Source: an uncultured delta proteobacterium (lineage in GTDB: Bacteria > Desulfobacterota > Desulfobacteria > Desulfobacterales > JAHEIW01). Taken from it: a stretch of 64,000 nucleotides of DNA. Both the position numbers and the translations under genes were made by a program. The stretch is taken from the NCBI GenBank assembly GCA_963706575.1, contig CAVPNL010000001.1, forward strand, positions 463,208 to 527,207. Reading direction: 5' to 3'. This document shows, in pieces, positions 38,161 to 48,571 of the stretch (positions are counted from its first letter, which is position 1; the number at the start of each line of letters is the position of its first letter). Under the pieces are notes generated by a model. It did no database searches and was not told where the DNA came from. It saw only the letters and a program-made list of their open reading frames with translations.

Positions 38161-38682
38161 ATGGCAAGAGAAATATCGTTTGTGTTTAACGGAAATCCAA
38201 TGAAAATGATGATCGCGGACCATTGGACGCTGTTGCATCTGATTCGGGAAGAATTGGGTTATACCGGAACCAAGGAGGGTTGCGGCAGCGGTGAATGCGG
38301 GGCCTGTACGGTTATTGTGGACAACGAAGCCGTCAACTCCTGTCTTTACCTGGCAGCAGAAATCGACGGCAAACAGTTAACCACGATTGAAGGATTGGCC
38401 GCCGCAGATGGAACCCTGCACCCCATTCAGAAGTCTTTTGTCGAAAATGGCGGCATTCAGTGCGGATTCTGCTCGCCGGGTATGATCCTGTCGGCCAAGG
38501 CCCTGCTGGATAAAACACCCAACGCTCCCGAGGAAGAGATCAAGGAGGCGATTGCCGGTAATTTATGCCGCTGTACCGGATATGTTCAGATCATCGACTC
38601 GATTAAAGCCGTTAGCGGACACGGCGAAGATGAACCTCGCGTGGTTGCTTTTAAGGCCGAAAACGGAGATCGCGGAGAATAA
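38161..38682 (+). CDS. Xanthine dehydrogenase family 2x[2Fe-2S] (small) subunit
   Basis: GTKEGCGSGECGACT, QCGFCSPG, GNLCRCTGY. Confidence 0.95.
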   Translation: MAREISFVFNGNPMKMMIADHWTLLHLIREELGYTGTKEGCGSGECGACTVIVDNEAVNSCLYLAAEIDGKQLTTIEGLAAADGTLHPIQKSFVENGGIQCGFCSPGMILSAKALLDKTPNAPEEEIKEAIAGNLCRCTGYVQIIDSIKAVSGHGEDEPRVVAFKAENGDRGE

Positions 38683-38695
38683 AATTCGCTATTGC

Positions 38696-38788
38696 ATCGC
38701 GGCAAGATGCCGCTCCCACATATTTTTTATAGGGTTAGACATAAGTGTTGTGATTGAATAGATAGTGGGAGTGGCTTCCAGCCTCGAT
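38696..38788. repeat. REP-like inverted pair
   Basis: atcgcggcaagatgccgctcccac ... gtgggagtggcttccagcctcgat. Confidence 0.6.
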
Positions 38789-38822
38789 TTGTACCGAGTT
38801 TAATAATTTGAGGAGAAAATCG

Positions 38823-41150
38823 ATGCAAAACTTGTGTTCAGTCGGAAAAAGAGTTCCCAAGCTGGATGCGGTGGATAAGGCCACCGGGCGGGTCAAATAT
38901 ATTCAAGATCTTAAAGTCCCGGGGATGCTGTACGGGAAAATTCTTTACAGCAAGTATGCCCATGCGAAAATTGTAAAAATTGATACATCAAAAGCCAGGG
39001 AACTGCCCGGTGTTCTGGCGGTACTGACCGGGGAAGATATACCCGATATCCGCATGGGGGTCTATAAAGACAATCGCCCGTTAAAGAAGGGAAAAGTGTG
39101 CTCTTTTCGCGACGAGGTCGCGGCTGTGGCGGCCACCACACCTGAAATCGCCCAGGAGGCGTTGAAACTCATCGAGGTGACCTATGAAGCCCTGCCGGCC
39201 GTTTTTGACCCTGAGGAGGCCATGAAGGAGGGTGCGCCTCTGGTTCATGAAGCCCACAAGACCAATCTGCTGAAAATGCCATGGAAGCTGCATTATGGAG
39301 ACGTAGATGCAGCTAAAAAAGAGGCTGCTTATGTCGTTGAAGATCGATTCAGTACCACCTGGGTAACTCACTGCTGCCTGGGCACCAGCGGCGCCATTGC
39401 CGAGTTTGATCCCACCAATAATCTGACCATTCATTCCAATACCCAGATCCCGTCACTGGCGCAGAAGGATTTTCTCGATGTCCTCAAAACGATGGGACTA
39501 AAAGATCGCAGGGTCAGGGTAATCAAACCCTGCATCGGCGGCGGCTTTGGCAGCAAACTGGACACCTATGCCTATGAATATATTGCCATTTTACTGGCAT
39601 TTTACACTCGCCGACCGGTGAAGATTGAATTTGATCGTACTGAAGAATTTGTTGCGACCTCCACCCGGCAGCCGACAATTGCTTATATCTCACAGGGGTG
39701 CGACAAAAACGGAAAATTACTATTCCGGGATGTGTCCATGATTTTAGACAATGGTGCCCATACATCATGGGGCGCCACCACGCCGCATGTGATGATGATG
39801 GCCATGACAACCCTGTATCGGATGCCCAATGTTCGCTATGAAGCCAAATGTGTTTACACCAACAACACCTATGCTCAGGCGATGCGCGGCTATGGTAACC
39901 CCCAGGCAACTTTTGTGGTCGAAAGCTCGATGGACATGTTGGCTGAAGCGGCCGGTATTGATCCTGCTGAATTTCGGCGCATAAATGCCAACCAGTCCGG
40001 AGATGTGTCCACCCAGGGCCTGCGCATCACCACTTGCGGTCTGGAAGAATGCATGGATACGGTCAAGAAACAGCTCAAATGGGATCAACCGAAAAAGGAA
40101 GGTGAAGGGGTCGGCATGGCATCCCTGATTCATGTTGGGGGCGGTGCTCGGGTCTACAAATCAGATGGCTGTGGGACTATAATTAAAATGGACGACTTTG
40201 CCAAAGTCGATGTTTTTACCGGCGCCACCGATATGGGGCAGGGGTCGGATACGGTTATCGCCCAGATCGTGGCCGAAGAGCTCGGCCTGGAAATCGAAGA
40301 TATTCATGTTATTCACAGCGACACGGATGTTTGTCCATGGGATGTCGGCGCGCATGCGAGCCGGACCACTTTTGTGGCCGGCAATTCGGCGCTGGGCGCA
40401 GCTCGCAAGATCAAGGCTCGTATTCTTGAGCTGGGCGCCAAACAACTCGAAGCGCCTCTGGAAAAAATACATTTACAAAACCGACATCTCATTCATAAAG
40501 AGGATCCGGAAAGGAAGATGGAAATCGGAAAGCTTTTGAGAAAAGCGCATTTCAGCCACGGTGGACAAATGCTGATGGCCGAATATTTTTACGACCCGGA
40601 CAACGAAAATGTTGGAAAAGATTTCCGTGGCAACACCTCTATGACCTATACTTTCGGTACGCATGGCGTCAGGGTAAAGATAGACGAAGAAACCGGAAAG
40701 ATAAAAATTCTTAAATATGTTGCCGCGCATGATATCGGCAAAGCCATCAATCCACTGCTTCTGGAAGGTCAGGTGTACGGCGGTGTTATGATGGGTGTCG
40801 GTTATGCACTGACCGAACAGATTCTCTGCGAAAAGGGACAAAATATGAACCCGAATTTCAGGGATTATAAGATTCTGACCGCCAAAGATGTCGTACCGAT
40901 TGAGGCACCGGTTCTTGAAACTTACGATGAAGACGGGCCTTTCGGCGCCAAAGGCATCGGTGAGCCGGGCTGTGTACCGACGGCTCCGGCAATCGCGAAT
41001 GCGATTTACAATGCCATCGGAGTGCGCATCAAAGATTTACCGATTACACCAGAAAGAGTTCTGGCAGCAATCAGAGAGAAGAAAGGTCTGGATCTGTGCG
41101 GACAGGAATCGGGAAAAGATGATGCGGAGGAATGTATCATAGAGGAGTAA
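38823..41150 (+). CDS. Xanthine dehydrogenase family molybdopterin-binding (large) subunit
   Basis: GGGFGSK, AMRGYG, DMGQG, ASRTT, GAKGIGEPG (catalytic Glu retained); GAGGAG RBS. Confidence 0.95.
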   Translation: MQNLCSVGKRVPKLDAVDKATGRVKYIQDLKVPGMLYGKILYSKYAHAKIVKIDTSKARELPGVLAVLTGEDIPDIRMGVYKDNRPLKKGKVCSFRDEVAAVAATTPEIAQEALKLIEVTYEALPAVFDPEEAMKEGAPLVHEAHKTNLLKMPWKLHYGDVDAAKKEAAYVVEDRFSTTWVTHCCLGTSGAIAEFDPTNNLTIHSNTQIPSLAQKDFLDVLKTMGLKDRRVRVIKPCIGGGFGSKLDTYAYEYIAILLAFYTRRPVKIEFDRTEEFVATSTRQPTIAYISQGCDKNGKLLFRDVSMILDNGAHTSWGATTPHVMMMAMTTLYRMPNVRYEAKCVYTNNTYAQAMRGYGNPQATFVVESSMDMLAEAAGIDPAEFRRINANQSGDVSTQGLRITTCGLEECMDTVKKQLKWDQPKKEGEGVGMASLIHVGGGARVYKSDGCGTIIKMDDFAKVDVFTGATDMGQGSDTVIAQIVAEELGLEIEDIHVIHSDTDVCPWDVGAHASRTTFVAGNSALGAARKIKARILELGAKQLEAPLEKIHLQNRHLIHKEDPERKMEIGKLLRKAHFSHGGQMLMAEYFYDPDNENVGKDFRGNTSMTYTFGTHGVRVKIDEETGKIKILKYVAAHDIGKAINPLLLEGQVYGGVMMGVGYALTEQILCEKGQNMNPNFRDYKILTAKDVVPIEAPVLETYDEDGPFGAKGIGEPGCVPTAPAIANAIYNAIGVRIKDLPITPERVLAAIREKKGLDLCGQESGKDDAEECIIEE

Positions 41151-41159
41151 CCTCGCCAG

Positions 41160-41247
41160 GATTTCGGATTTTAGATTTCGGATTTGTTGCAAATGATGTT
41201 CAACAAAGTATCAAATTTCAGGTTATCTTCAAAAATCCGCAATCTGC
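41160..41247. repeat. Inverted heptamer element (same family, degenerate)
   Basis: gatttcggattttagatttcggattt ... aaaatccgcaatctgc. Confidence 0.65.
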
Positions 41248-41295
41248 TTTTTGATGTATTTTTAATCGACGCAATCCAAAATTTAACAATTGCCT

Positions 41296-43402
41296 ATGAA
41301 CTTCAAGATTGGAATTGATGTAGGGGGAACATTTACCGATTTTTTACTGGTCCTGGATGACGGTTCCTCCAAAATCTACAAGGTTCTTTCCACCCCACAG
41401 GACCCTTCCATAGCGACCATGACCGGCCTTGGCGAAATGGCATCCGATCAGAATCTGAGTCTCGCAGGAATTTTTGGAGCGTGTCGCCGTTATTGTTCAT
41501 GGAACAACGGTAACGACCAATGCCGTTCTGACCTATACCGGTTCTAAAACCGCCCTGCTGACCACCGAAGGGCTGCGAGACACTCTTGAGATGCGAAGAG
41601 GCATCCGGGAGCGTCAATACGACAACCGTTATCCGAATGTTGAGCCGCTTGTCGAACGATACCTGAGAATACCCGTGGAAGAACGAATCGATTATAATGG
41701 CGAAGTCGTTATTGCATTAAAGCGGGCGGATGTGGAAAATGCCGTCGATTTTATGGTTCAGGAGGGCGTTGAAGCCATCGGCGTTTGTTTTATGAATGCC
41801 TTCGCAAACAATCAGCATGAGGAAGAGGTGGGCGGAATCATTCAGCAAAGGATTCCACAGGCCTATCTGACGATATCGAGTCGGCTGCTGCCATCCATTC
41901 GTTTTTACGACCGGGTGAGTACCACGGTTCTAAATTCTTATGTCGGCCCTACGCTAAAACGCTACCTCTCCGCTTTGATCTCTAAACTGCAGCAGGCAAA
42001 ATACGAAGGTATCCTCCTGATCATGCAATCCAACGGTGGTGTCGTGTCTCCGGAAGTGGCGATCGAAAGAGCTGCGGTTACCCTACTGTCAGGGCCCGCC
42101 GGCGGTCCGGTGGCAGGGGTGGAATATGCCGCTGCACAGGGATATGATGATTGCATCACCGTTGACATGGGTGGGACCAGTTTTGATGCTTCGATGGTCA
42201 AGGATAAAACGCCCATGGTGACGACCAGCGGAGAGATCAACCGGCTCAAGCTTGCCCTGCCGATGCTGAATGTTGTCACGATAGGTGCCGGCGGCGGCAG
42301 CATTGGCTGGATCGATGAGGGCGGGCTGCTAAAGATGGGGCCTCAAAGTGCCGGCGCCAATCCGGGACCGGCGTGTTATGACCTTGGCGGGGAATTGCCG
42401 ACCTGTACCGATGCGGATCTGGTGCTGGGATACCTGGACAAGGACTTTTTCGCAGGCGGACGCATTTCTCTGAATCTGAATAAAAGCCGGGATTCGATTG
42501 AGAAGCATATTGCCGGGCCATTGAAGCTCGATTTAGCAGAAGCTGCAGCCGGAATGTACAGCGTGATCAATGTAAATATGGCAGCTGCTGTTCGTGAAGT
42601 TTCGGTCAAGCAGGGATATGATCCCCGGGATTTTCCGCTGGTGATTGCAGGGGGGGCAGGTCCGAATCATGCGTGCATGATCGCCTTGGAACTGGAGATT
42701 CCGGTTATGATCATTCCCAAGGAATCATCAATCTTTTGTGCGGCCGGGATGCTCAGGTCTGATTTAAAGCACGATTTCGTAAACACCTATGCAACAGAGC
42801 TAGACGCTGCCGATCCCGCCAGATTTAAAAAGTCATTTGGGGATATGAAAGCACAGGGAATCGAGCTTTTAATATCCGAAGGAATTCCGCAAAATCGGAT
42901 TGAGCATATTTTTTCCCTGGATTTGAGATATGTAAAGCAGTACCATGAGGTCAATGTCGAAATCTCCTTGCAAGAAATCGAACGGGCAGACTTCGGCTCT
43001 ATCGCCACCCGTTTTCATAAAAAGCACAATGCGCTATTTGGCTATTCACTTGAAGAAGAACAAACTCCCGTGGAGCTGATTAACCTCAGGGTCATGTGCA
43101 TCGGTCAAACCGCAAAACCAAAATTTCAGCTGGAAGCATATGACGGTTCAGATCCGTCAAAGGCCCACAAGAAAAGCCGGCAAATCTATTTGTCCCTGCA
43201 AAAGTCCTTTAAAACGGTGGATGTTTTTGACGGCGCCAAACTTAGATTCGGTAACAAGGTCGTTGGGCCCGCTGTCATCGAGCAGGTCAATACCACCACC
43301 TTTGTAGCGCCGGAATTCAGCCTGCTGGTGGATAAATTCGGGTCGTATACCATGTACATGAAAACCCATGAAGAAGCGGCCGAAAAAAGAATATTGAATT
43401 AA
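41296..43402 (+). pseudogene. Hydantoinase/oxoprolinase A subunit, copy 2, split by a +1 frameshift near 41464-41468
   Basis: N-terminal GIDVGGTFTD...KVLSTP in one frame; HGTT...DMGGTS...GPQSAGANPGP in the next frame (ctc gca g gaa ttt ttg gag). May be an assembly error. Confidence 0.85.
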
Positions 43403-43409
43403 GCAAGCG

Positions 43410-43503
43410 TGTTTAGTATTTGGTGTTTAGTGTTTAGAATTCTAAAAAAGTGATATAACGCCTTATAGGTTATACTAAACACAAAACACGAAAAACCAAA
43501 CAC
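43410..43503. repeat. Inverted heptamer tandem repeat (TGTTTAG / CTAAACA)
   Basis: tgtttagtatttggtgtttagtgtttag ... ctaaacacaaaacacgaaaaaccaaacac. Confidence 0.7.
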
Positions 43504-43568
43504 CTGATGAATTCAGCTTTTTACGAATTCATCAAACTTTAGCGGTAAAAAATTAGGGAATTTAGGAA

Positions 43569-44351
43569 TTGAACGATAAAATTATTTTTGCGTTGCAGGG
43601 CATTTCAATCAGCTTTGGCGGGCTGCAGGCTGTCGCCGATTGCTCATTTGAAATATGCGACGGCGAAATTTTTTCTCTGATCGGGCCCAACGGCGCCGGT
43701 AAAACAACCATATTTAATATTATTAATGCGCTTTACAAACCCGATAGCGGTCGCGTTTTGCTGGAAGGTGAAGATTTAGTTTCCCTGAAACCGCATCAAA
43801 TCGCAAGGCGTGGAATTGCGCGCACATTTCAAAATATCGAGCTTTTCAGTGAGATGAGTGTGCTGGAAAATATTCTGGTGGGCCGGCACTTTTTTTTCAA
43901 ATCAGGTGTTTTAGCCAACAGTCTGGCATTCGGTAATTCTAAAAATGAAGAAGCCCAAAATATAGAAACAGCTACTGAAATTATCTCGTTTTTGGAATTG
44001 GAAGAATACGAGAACCAGAAAGTCACCGACCTGTCTTTCGGGATTCAAAAGCGTGTCGAGCTGGCCCGGGCGCTGGCACTGAACCCCAAAGTGCTGCTGC
44101 TGGATGAACCCGCAGGAGGATTAAACCCCCAGGAGACAGAACACCTGATGGAAGTCATCAAAGCCATCCGGGATAAACGTGGCATTACGATTTTCCTGGT
44201 CGAACACGACATGCGCCTGGTGATGGGGCTCTCGGACAGAATATGTGTGCTGCATTTCGGTGTCAAAATTGCAGAGGGAACTCCGGAGGTCATCCAAAAA
44301 GACCCCAAAGTTATCGAAGCCTACTTAGGAACTACCCGAACCCATGCTTGA
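43569..44351 (+). CDS. livG: Branched-chain-amino-acid-type ABC transporter ATPase
   Basis: GPNGAGKTT, GIARTFQ, LLLDEPAGG, VEHDM, EAYLG. Confidence 0.92.
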   Translation: MNDKIIFALQGISISFGGLQAVADCSFEICDGEIFSLIGPNGAGKTTIFNIINALYKPDSGRVLLEGEDLVSLKPHQIARRGIARTFQNIELFSEMSVLENILVGRHFFFKSGVLANSLAFGNSKNEEAQNIETATEIISFLELEEYENQKVTDLSFGIQKRVELARALALNPKVLLLDEPAGGLNPQETEHLMEVIKAIRDKRGITIFLVEHDMRLVMGLSDRICVLHFGVKIAEGTPEVIQKDPKVIEAYLGTTRTHA

Positions 44352-45051
44352 ATTAAAATCGATAGAGTCATATTACGGCAAGATACAGGCCCTCAAAGGG
44401 ATAGACCTGGAGGTGCCCGAAGGCGGAATCGTTGCCATATTGGGCGCTAACGGTGCCGGCAAAAGTACGACCTTGAAGACGATTTCAGGATTGATTCAAC
44501 CACTGCGAGGCCAGATTTTGTTCCAGGGGCAATCCATCCATAAAAGTGAACCGCATCAAATTGTGCGCATGGGAATTTGTCAGGTGCCGGAGGGGCGCGA
44601 TATCTTTATGGGTCTGACGGTGCAGGAAAACTTGAAGATGGGCGCCTTTACCCGCAAAGACACGAAGGACATTCAGAATGATCTGGAACGGATTTTTCAA
44701 TCGTTTCCGATATTACAAGAACGGGCAAGGCAACAGGCGGGGACGCTGAGCGGCGGCGAACAACAGATGCTGGCGATTGCCAGAGGATTGATGTCAAACC
44801 CCAAATTGATGCTGCTGGACGAGCCGTCCCTGGGATTGGCGCCACTGATGGTGGCAGAAATATTTCAGATTATCGCAGAAATAAATAAAGAAGGCGTCAC
44901 CATTTTGCTGGTGGAGCAAAATGCCAATATGGCACTGCAAACCGCCCAGTACGGCTATGTGATGGAAACTGGAAGTGTTGCCCTGCATGATTCCGCAGAG
45001 AATCTGATCCAGAACGATTACGTCCGGCAAGTATATTTGGGCGCCGGCTAA
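44344..45051 (+). CDS. livF: Branched-chain-amino-acid-type ABC transporter ATPase
   Basis: GANGAGKST, VPEGR, LSGGEQQM, DEPSLGLAP, VEQNA. Confidence 0.93.
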   Translation: MLELKSIESYYGKIQALKGIDLEVPEGGIVAILGANGAGKSTTLKTISGLIQPLRGQILFQGQSIHKSEPHQIVRMGICQVPEGRDIFMGLTVQENLKMGAFTRKDTKDIQNDLERIFQSFPILQERARQQAGTLSGGEQQMLAIARGLMSNPKLMLLDEPSLGLAPLMVAEIFQIIAEINKEGVTILLVEQNANMALQTAQYGYVMETGSVALHDSAENLIQNDYVRQVYLGAG

Positions 45052-45106
45052 CTAAAAGGGATGAAGTTTCCCTGGGGCCCCGATTGGACCCCAGGGGTGT
45101 AGTTTC

Positions 45107-46315
45107 TTACTGTTTTAACGGTACGAGTCTGCCGTCTTGCAAAGTCAGCCAGCTTGAGATGGATCGGAATACGCTTTGCTGGACTTCCACCATAAAACCG
45201 GAATTTTGGGCGAGGTGATCCGTCGCTGAAAAACTGACCGGTGGCGCAATTCCGCTCTCCCAATTCTTAATCCCTTCAAGGGCGGCAATATAACTTTCAC
45301 GGGTGACATTTTTACCGGCCCTTTTGAGACCCTCAACAAACAGCTTGGCATAATAGTAGCCGAACAGGCTGTAACGATTCGGCGTTTTGTCTCTATCCTC
45401 ACCGTACTGGTCTACGATTTTTCTGTATTCCACCACAGCCGGGTCCTGAGAATGCACCGGATCAGGCCACAGAGAGAGTCCCCAGACACCTTCACCGACA
45501 CCGCCGGACAGGTTGATATATTTTTCGTCCGTCAGCGGACCCGAGGATATGATCTTGGTGTCTTTCCAACCCTGTTTATGGGCTTCTTTCAGGAAAGTGG
45601 CTCCCGGCGGGGGCGTGGCCACCAGCAGACAGGCATCCAGCTTGGCTTTGCGCAACTTGGCTACCTGGGCGCTCAGATCCTTGGCCCCGCGCTTGTAAGA
45701 CTCTGCTGCTGCCCAGTTCAACCCTAATTTCTGGAGTGTTTTTTGACCGGGATCCCTGAAAGTGTGACCATAGGCATCGTCCTGATACAGGATGCCGATT
45801 CTTTTAAACCCTTTGACCTTTACCAGCCAGGTGACAACCAGCTCTGATTGATTCGAATACGGCGTAAAAGATGTAAATATCGTCTTTTGGCCTGAAATCG
45901 GTACCCCTTGAAACGGGAATAGCAGGGGCACTTTGTTTTGCGTTAAATACTTTACCGTTGCCATGACGGGTCCGGTCCCCTGGGAAGAAAGGATTGCGAA
46001 AACCTTATCCTGTTCCACCAGTCGCTTGGTGTTAGCAACGGCATTCTGGGGTTTATAGCCGTCGTCGTAAAATTTAGTATCGATTTTCCTGCCGTTAACT
46101 CCGCCCTGGGCGTTGATATATCCGATGTAAGATTTCAGCCCGTTGTTCACCAGCTGGGTGCCCGGATAAACCAGGGGCCCCGAAAAACTGTTGGAGCACC
46201 CGACCAGGATCGAGTTATCGGTGACACCCACTTCGGCGTTCACATCGTTTGCCGCGAAGCAGAGTGCAACCATAACGATAAGTCCGAAAGTGGATAAGTA
46301 CCTCAGTTTAAGCAT
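45107..46315 (-). CDS. ABC substrate-binding protein, Liv/HAAT family (IaaM-like role inferred)
   Basis: Signal peptide, GVTDNSILVG, INAQGGVNGRKI, DDGYKP, LYQDDAYG; AAGGAGG RBS before the ATG at 46315. Confidence 0.9.
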   Translation of the reverse strand: MLKLRYLSTFGLIVMVALCFAANDVNAEVGVTDNSILVGCSNSFSGPLVYPGTQLVNNGLKSYIGYINAQGGVNGRKIDTKFYDDGYKPQNAVANTKRLVEQDKVFAILSSQGTGPVMATVKYLTQNKVPLLFPFQGVPISGQKTIFTSFTPYSNQSELVVTWLVKVKGFKRIGILYQDDAYGHTFRDPGQKTLQKLGLNWAAAESYKRGAKDLSAQVAKLRKAKLDACLLVATPPPGATFLKEAHKQGWKDTKIISSGPLTDEKYINLSGGVGEGVWGLSLWPDPVHSQDPAVVEYRKIVDQYGEDRDKTPNRYSLFGYYYAKLFVEGLKRAGKNVTRESYIAALEGIKNWESGIAPPVSFSATDHLAQNSGFMVEVQQSVFRSISSWLTLQDGRLVPLKQ

Positions 46316-46414
46316 AATGGAACCTCCTTTCATGGTGGGATTGATTGAGATAAGAAAATTCGTTTATTTTTTTGCCACTGCCTTTTCGTGTTTGGTTGTA
46401 CAGCGCATGCAGCG

Positions 46415-47356
46415 TTAAAGAAACCTTTCTTTGAGATCGGTTAACATGCCGACAATACCTCTGGGCATAAATATCATAAAGATGATCAAAGACAAGCCAA
46501 AAATCAATATCTGCAGGTCCAGCAAGCCAGCAAATGCCTGTTGGATACCGGTCAGAATGACCGCCCCGATTATGGATCCTAAAATCGAGCCCATCCCGCC
46601 GATGACGATCATGGCGATAAAGTCAATCGAAAGTTCAATCGTAAAGGCATCCGGGGATAAAAACGTAATTAAATAGGCAAACAGGCCGCCGGCAACACCG
46701 GTGTAGAAGGCGCTGATGGCAAAGGCGATGGTTTTATACTTGGCCAGATCGACTCCGATGGTCTGGGCAGCGACTTCACTCTCTCTCAAAGCAATAAACG
46801 CTCTGCCGATATAACCATTGACCAGATTTTTTGCCAAGAGGGTCATAATAACTGTTACCGGGATGATCAGATAAAAAAGCTTGAAATCGGAATCAAACAC
46901 AAAGCTGCCGATTCTGGCTGTGGGCACACTGAAGCCGTCATCACCGCCGGTCACCGAGCTCCACTGCAGAATAATCTCACTGATGACCACGCCGAATGCC
47001 AATGTGGCCATGGCGATGTAAAAACCTTTTAAACGCAGGATCGGTATACCCAGCAGAAAGCCGATCAGTCCGCTGATGGTGCCGGCCAGCAAAAGCGTCA
47101 GCGGGCAGGGTAGCCATTCCAAATTGGCCGTAACGATAGCGGTGACATAGGCACCGATAGCCAGAAATCCGGCATGCCCGGCAGCGATCTGGCCGGTATA
47201 GCCCATCAACAGGTTCAAACCCAGGGAAACCAGGGCATAAATAGACAGCAGACTTAGGAGGAAAACAGAGTATTTCCCTAAAAACAAGGGCATGATGAGC
47301 AAGACGACCAAAGCGCTTATCCAACCCAATATTTTCCATTTACCCGATAATTGCAT
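46415..47356 (-). CDS. livM: ABC permease
   Basis: LNLLMGYTGQ, RLKGFYIAMATLAF, GRAFIALRESE, IGGMGS. Confidence 0.92.
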   Translation of the reverse strand: MQLSGKWKILGWISALVVLLIMPLFLGKYSVFLLSLLSIYALVSLGLNLLMGYTGQIAAGHAGFLAIGAYVTAIVTANLEWLPCPLTLLLAGTISGLIGFLLGIPILRLKGFYIAMATLAFGVVISEIILQWSSVTGGDDGFSVPTARIGSFVFDSDFKLFYLIIPVTVIMTLLAKNLVNGYIGRAFIALRESEVAAQTIGVDLAKYKTIAFAISAFYTGVAGGLFAYLITFLSPDAFTIELSIDFIAMIVIGGMGSILGSIIGAVILTGIQQAFAGLLDLQILIFGLSLIIFMIFMPRGIVGMLTDLKERFL

Positions 47357-47370
47357 TAAAAATCACCTGT

Positions 47371-48237
47371 TTAAACCTTGGTAAAGCGCTCTACGCCCAT
47401 GATTCCCTTGGGGCGGATGACCAGTACAATGAAAATCACCGCAAAGGGAACCACATTTTTGATTTGAGAAGGCAGATACAGGGGCGCCACATTATCGATG
47501 ACGCCCAGCAGCATGCCGCCAATAATCGCACCCGGGATGCTGCCCCAGCCGCCTAGTATCGCCGCGGCAAAACCGTTGATAACCACGATTCCCATGTGGG
47601 TGCTGAGAAATACGACCGGTGCCATCAGAATACCAGCCACCGCCGCCACCAGAAAGCTAATAGCCCAGGTGACGGCAAAGGATTGCTTGACATTCACCCC
47701 CATCAGTAAAGCCGCACTCTGGCTTTCACTTACCGCCCGCATGGCCGTTCCATAACGCGTGTACATGAAAAATGCATACAGAATCACCATGAGCAGGACG
47801 GTGGCGCTGATATTTCCCAGACCGATCAAATCAATGGTGGCGCCGCCGATAGAAATGGTTTCATCGGGAAAGACACTGGGGTAGGGATAGTCATTGTGAC
47901 TCCAGATAAAGCCGGACAGGCTTTTCATCACAATCGACACCCCCAGGGTTATGATAAAGATATTGAAATGTGGGGCCCGCATGGCCGGGCGGATAAAGAG
48001 CCGCTCGGTGATGATCCCCAGCAGGGCTGATATCACAAGGGTCAGCAAAATAGCGATCCAGAGCGAAAGCCCCAGCATACTAAAAAAAGTAAATCCCACA
48101 AAAGCAGAAACCATCGACATTTCGCCCTGGGCAAAATTGACATGTTCGGTTGTATTGTAGATTAAAGCTAACCCCAGGGCCACAAGGGCATAGATACTGC
48201 CGGTGGCCAGACCGCTGAATATGACCTGAAGTAGCAT
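47371..48237 (-). CDS. livH: ABC permease
   Basis: GSIYALVALG, VNFAQGE, GTAMRAVS, AAILGGWGS, RPKG; start at the ATG at 48237. Confidence 0.92.
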   Translation of the reverse strand: MLLQVIFSGLATGSIYALVALGLALIYNTTEHVNFAQGEMSMVSAFVGFTFFSMLGLSLWIAILLTLVISALLGIITERLFIRPAMRAPHFNIFIITLGVSIVMKSLSGFIWSHNDYPYPSVFPDETISIGGATIDLIGLGNISATVLLMVILYAFFMYTRYGTAMRAVSESQSAALLMGVNVKQSFAVTWAISFLVAAVAGILMAPVVFLSTHMGIVVINGFAAAILGGWGSIPGAIIGGMLLGVIDNVAPLYLPSQIKNVVPFAVIFIVLVIRPKGIMGVERFTKV

Positions 48238-48311
48238 ATGATCTCCCTTGTGGGGCTTTAGAAGAGATTTGAGATTAGAATGTGTGAGTCTGTCTTGGCC
48301 AGGACCTGTCG

Positions 48312-48340
48312 TTGACAACCATTTTCGTATACTGTATACA
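48312..48340 (+). promoter_or_regulatory. TTGACA -35 (48312-48317) plus operator CGTATACTGTATACA (48326-48340) in a divergent intergenic region
   Basis: Fourth copy of the motif; a TATACA -10 candidate lies 17 nt after the -35. Confidence 0.75.
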
Positions 48341-48450
48341 ACCGGATAGCATAAGCCATCTTGACTGTCAACCGAGGCCTCTGAAAAATGCTGCCTCGAA
48401 CCTCTCCCGCGTTGATTGTTAATTTAAATTCCGGGGTCGGGGTGTTTTTC

Positions 48451-48527
48451 CCGTTATGCCCGCGTAGGCGGGCATCCAGGTTGCTGCACTCAATTTTTCT
48501 GGATTCCTGCCTTCGCAGGAATGACGG
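48451..48527. repeat. Palindromic element (RPE/REP-like)
   Basis: ccgttatgcccgcgtaggcgggcatccag ... ctggattcctgccttcgcaggaatgacgg. Confidence 0.7.
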
Positions 48528-48571
48528 ATCTTAGCACAGAAAACATCGCTACTGCTCAATTAAATTAGAAA

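Noticed and set aside
8934..41150. Selenocysteine read-through in the Mo enzymes or other catabolic genes
   Set aside because: These ORFs are full length with no internal in-frame TGA; the two broken genes in the window are frameshifts, not UGA stops.
30075..41247. Recurring TTGCGGA/TCCGCAA repeats as a CRISPR array
   Set aside because: Units are 7 nt, tandem and inverted, with no 23-47-nt repeats separated by unique spacers and no cas genes.
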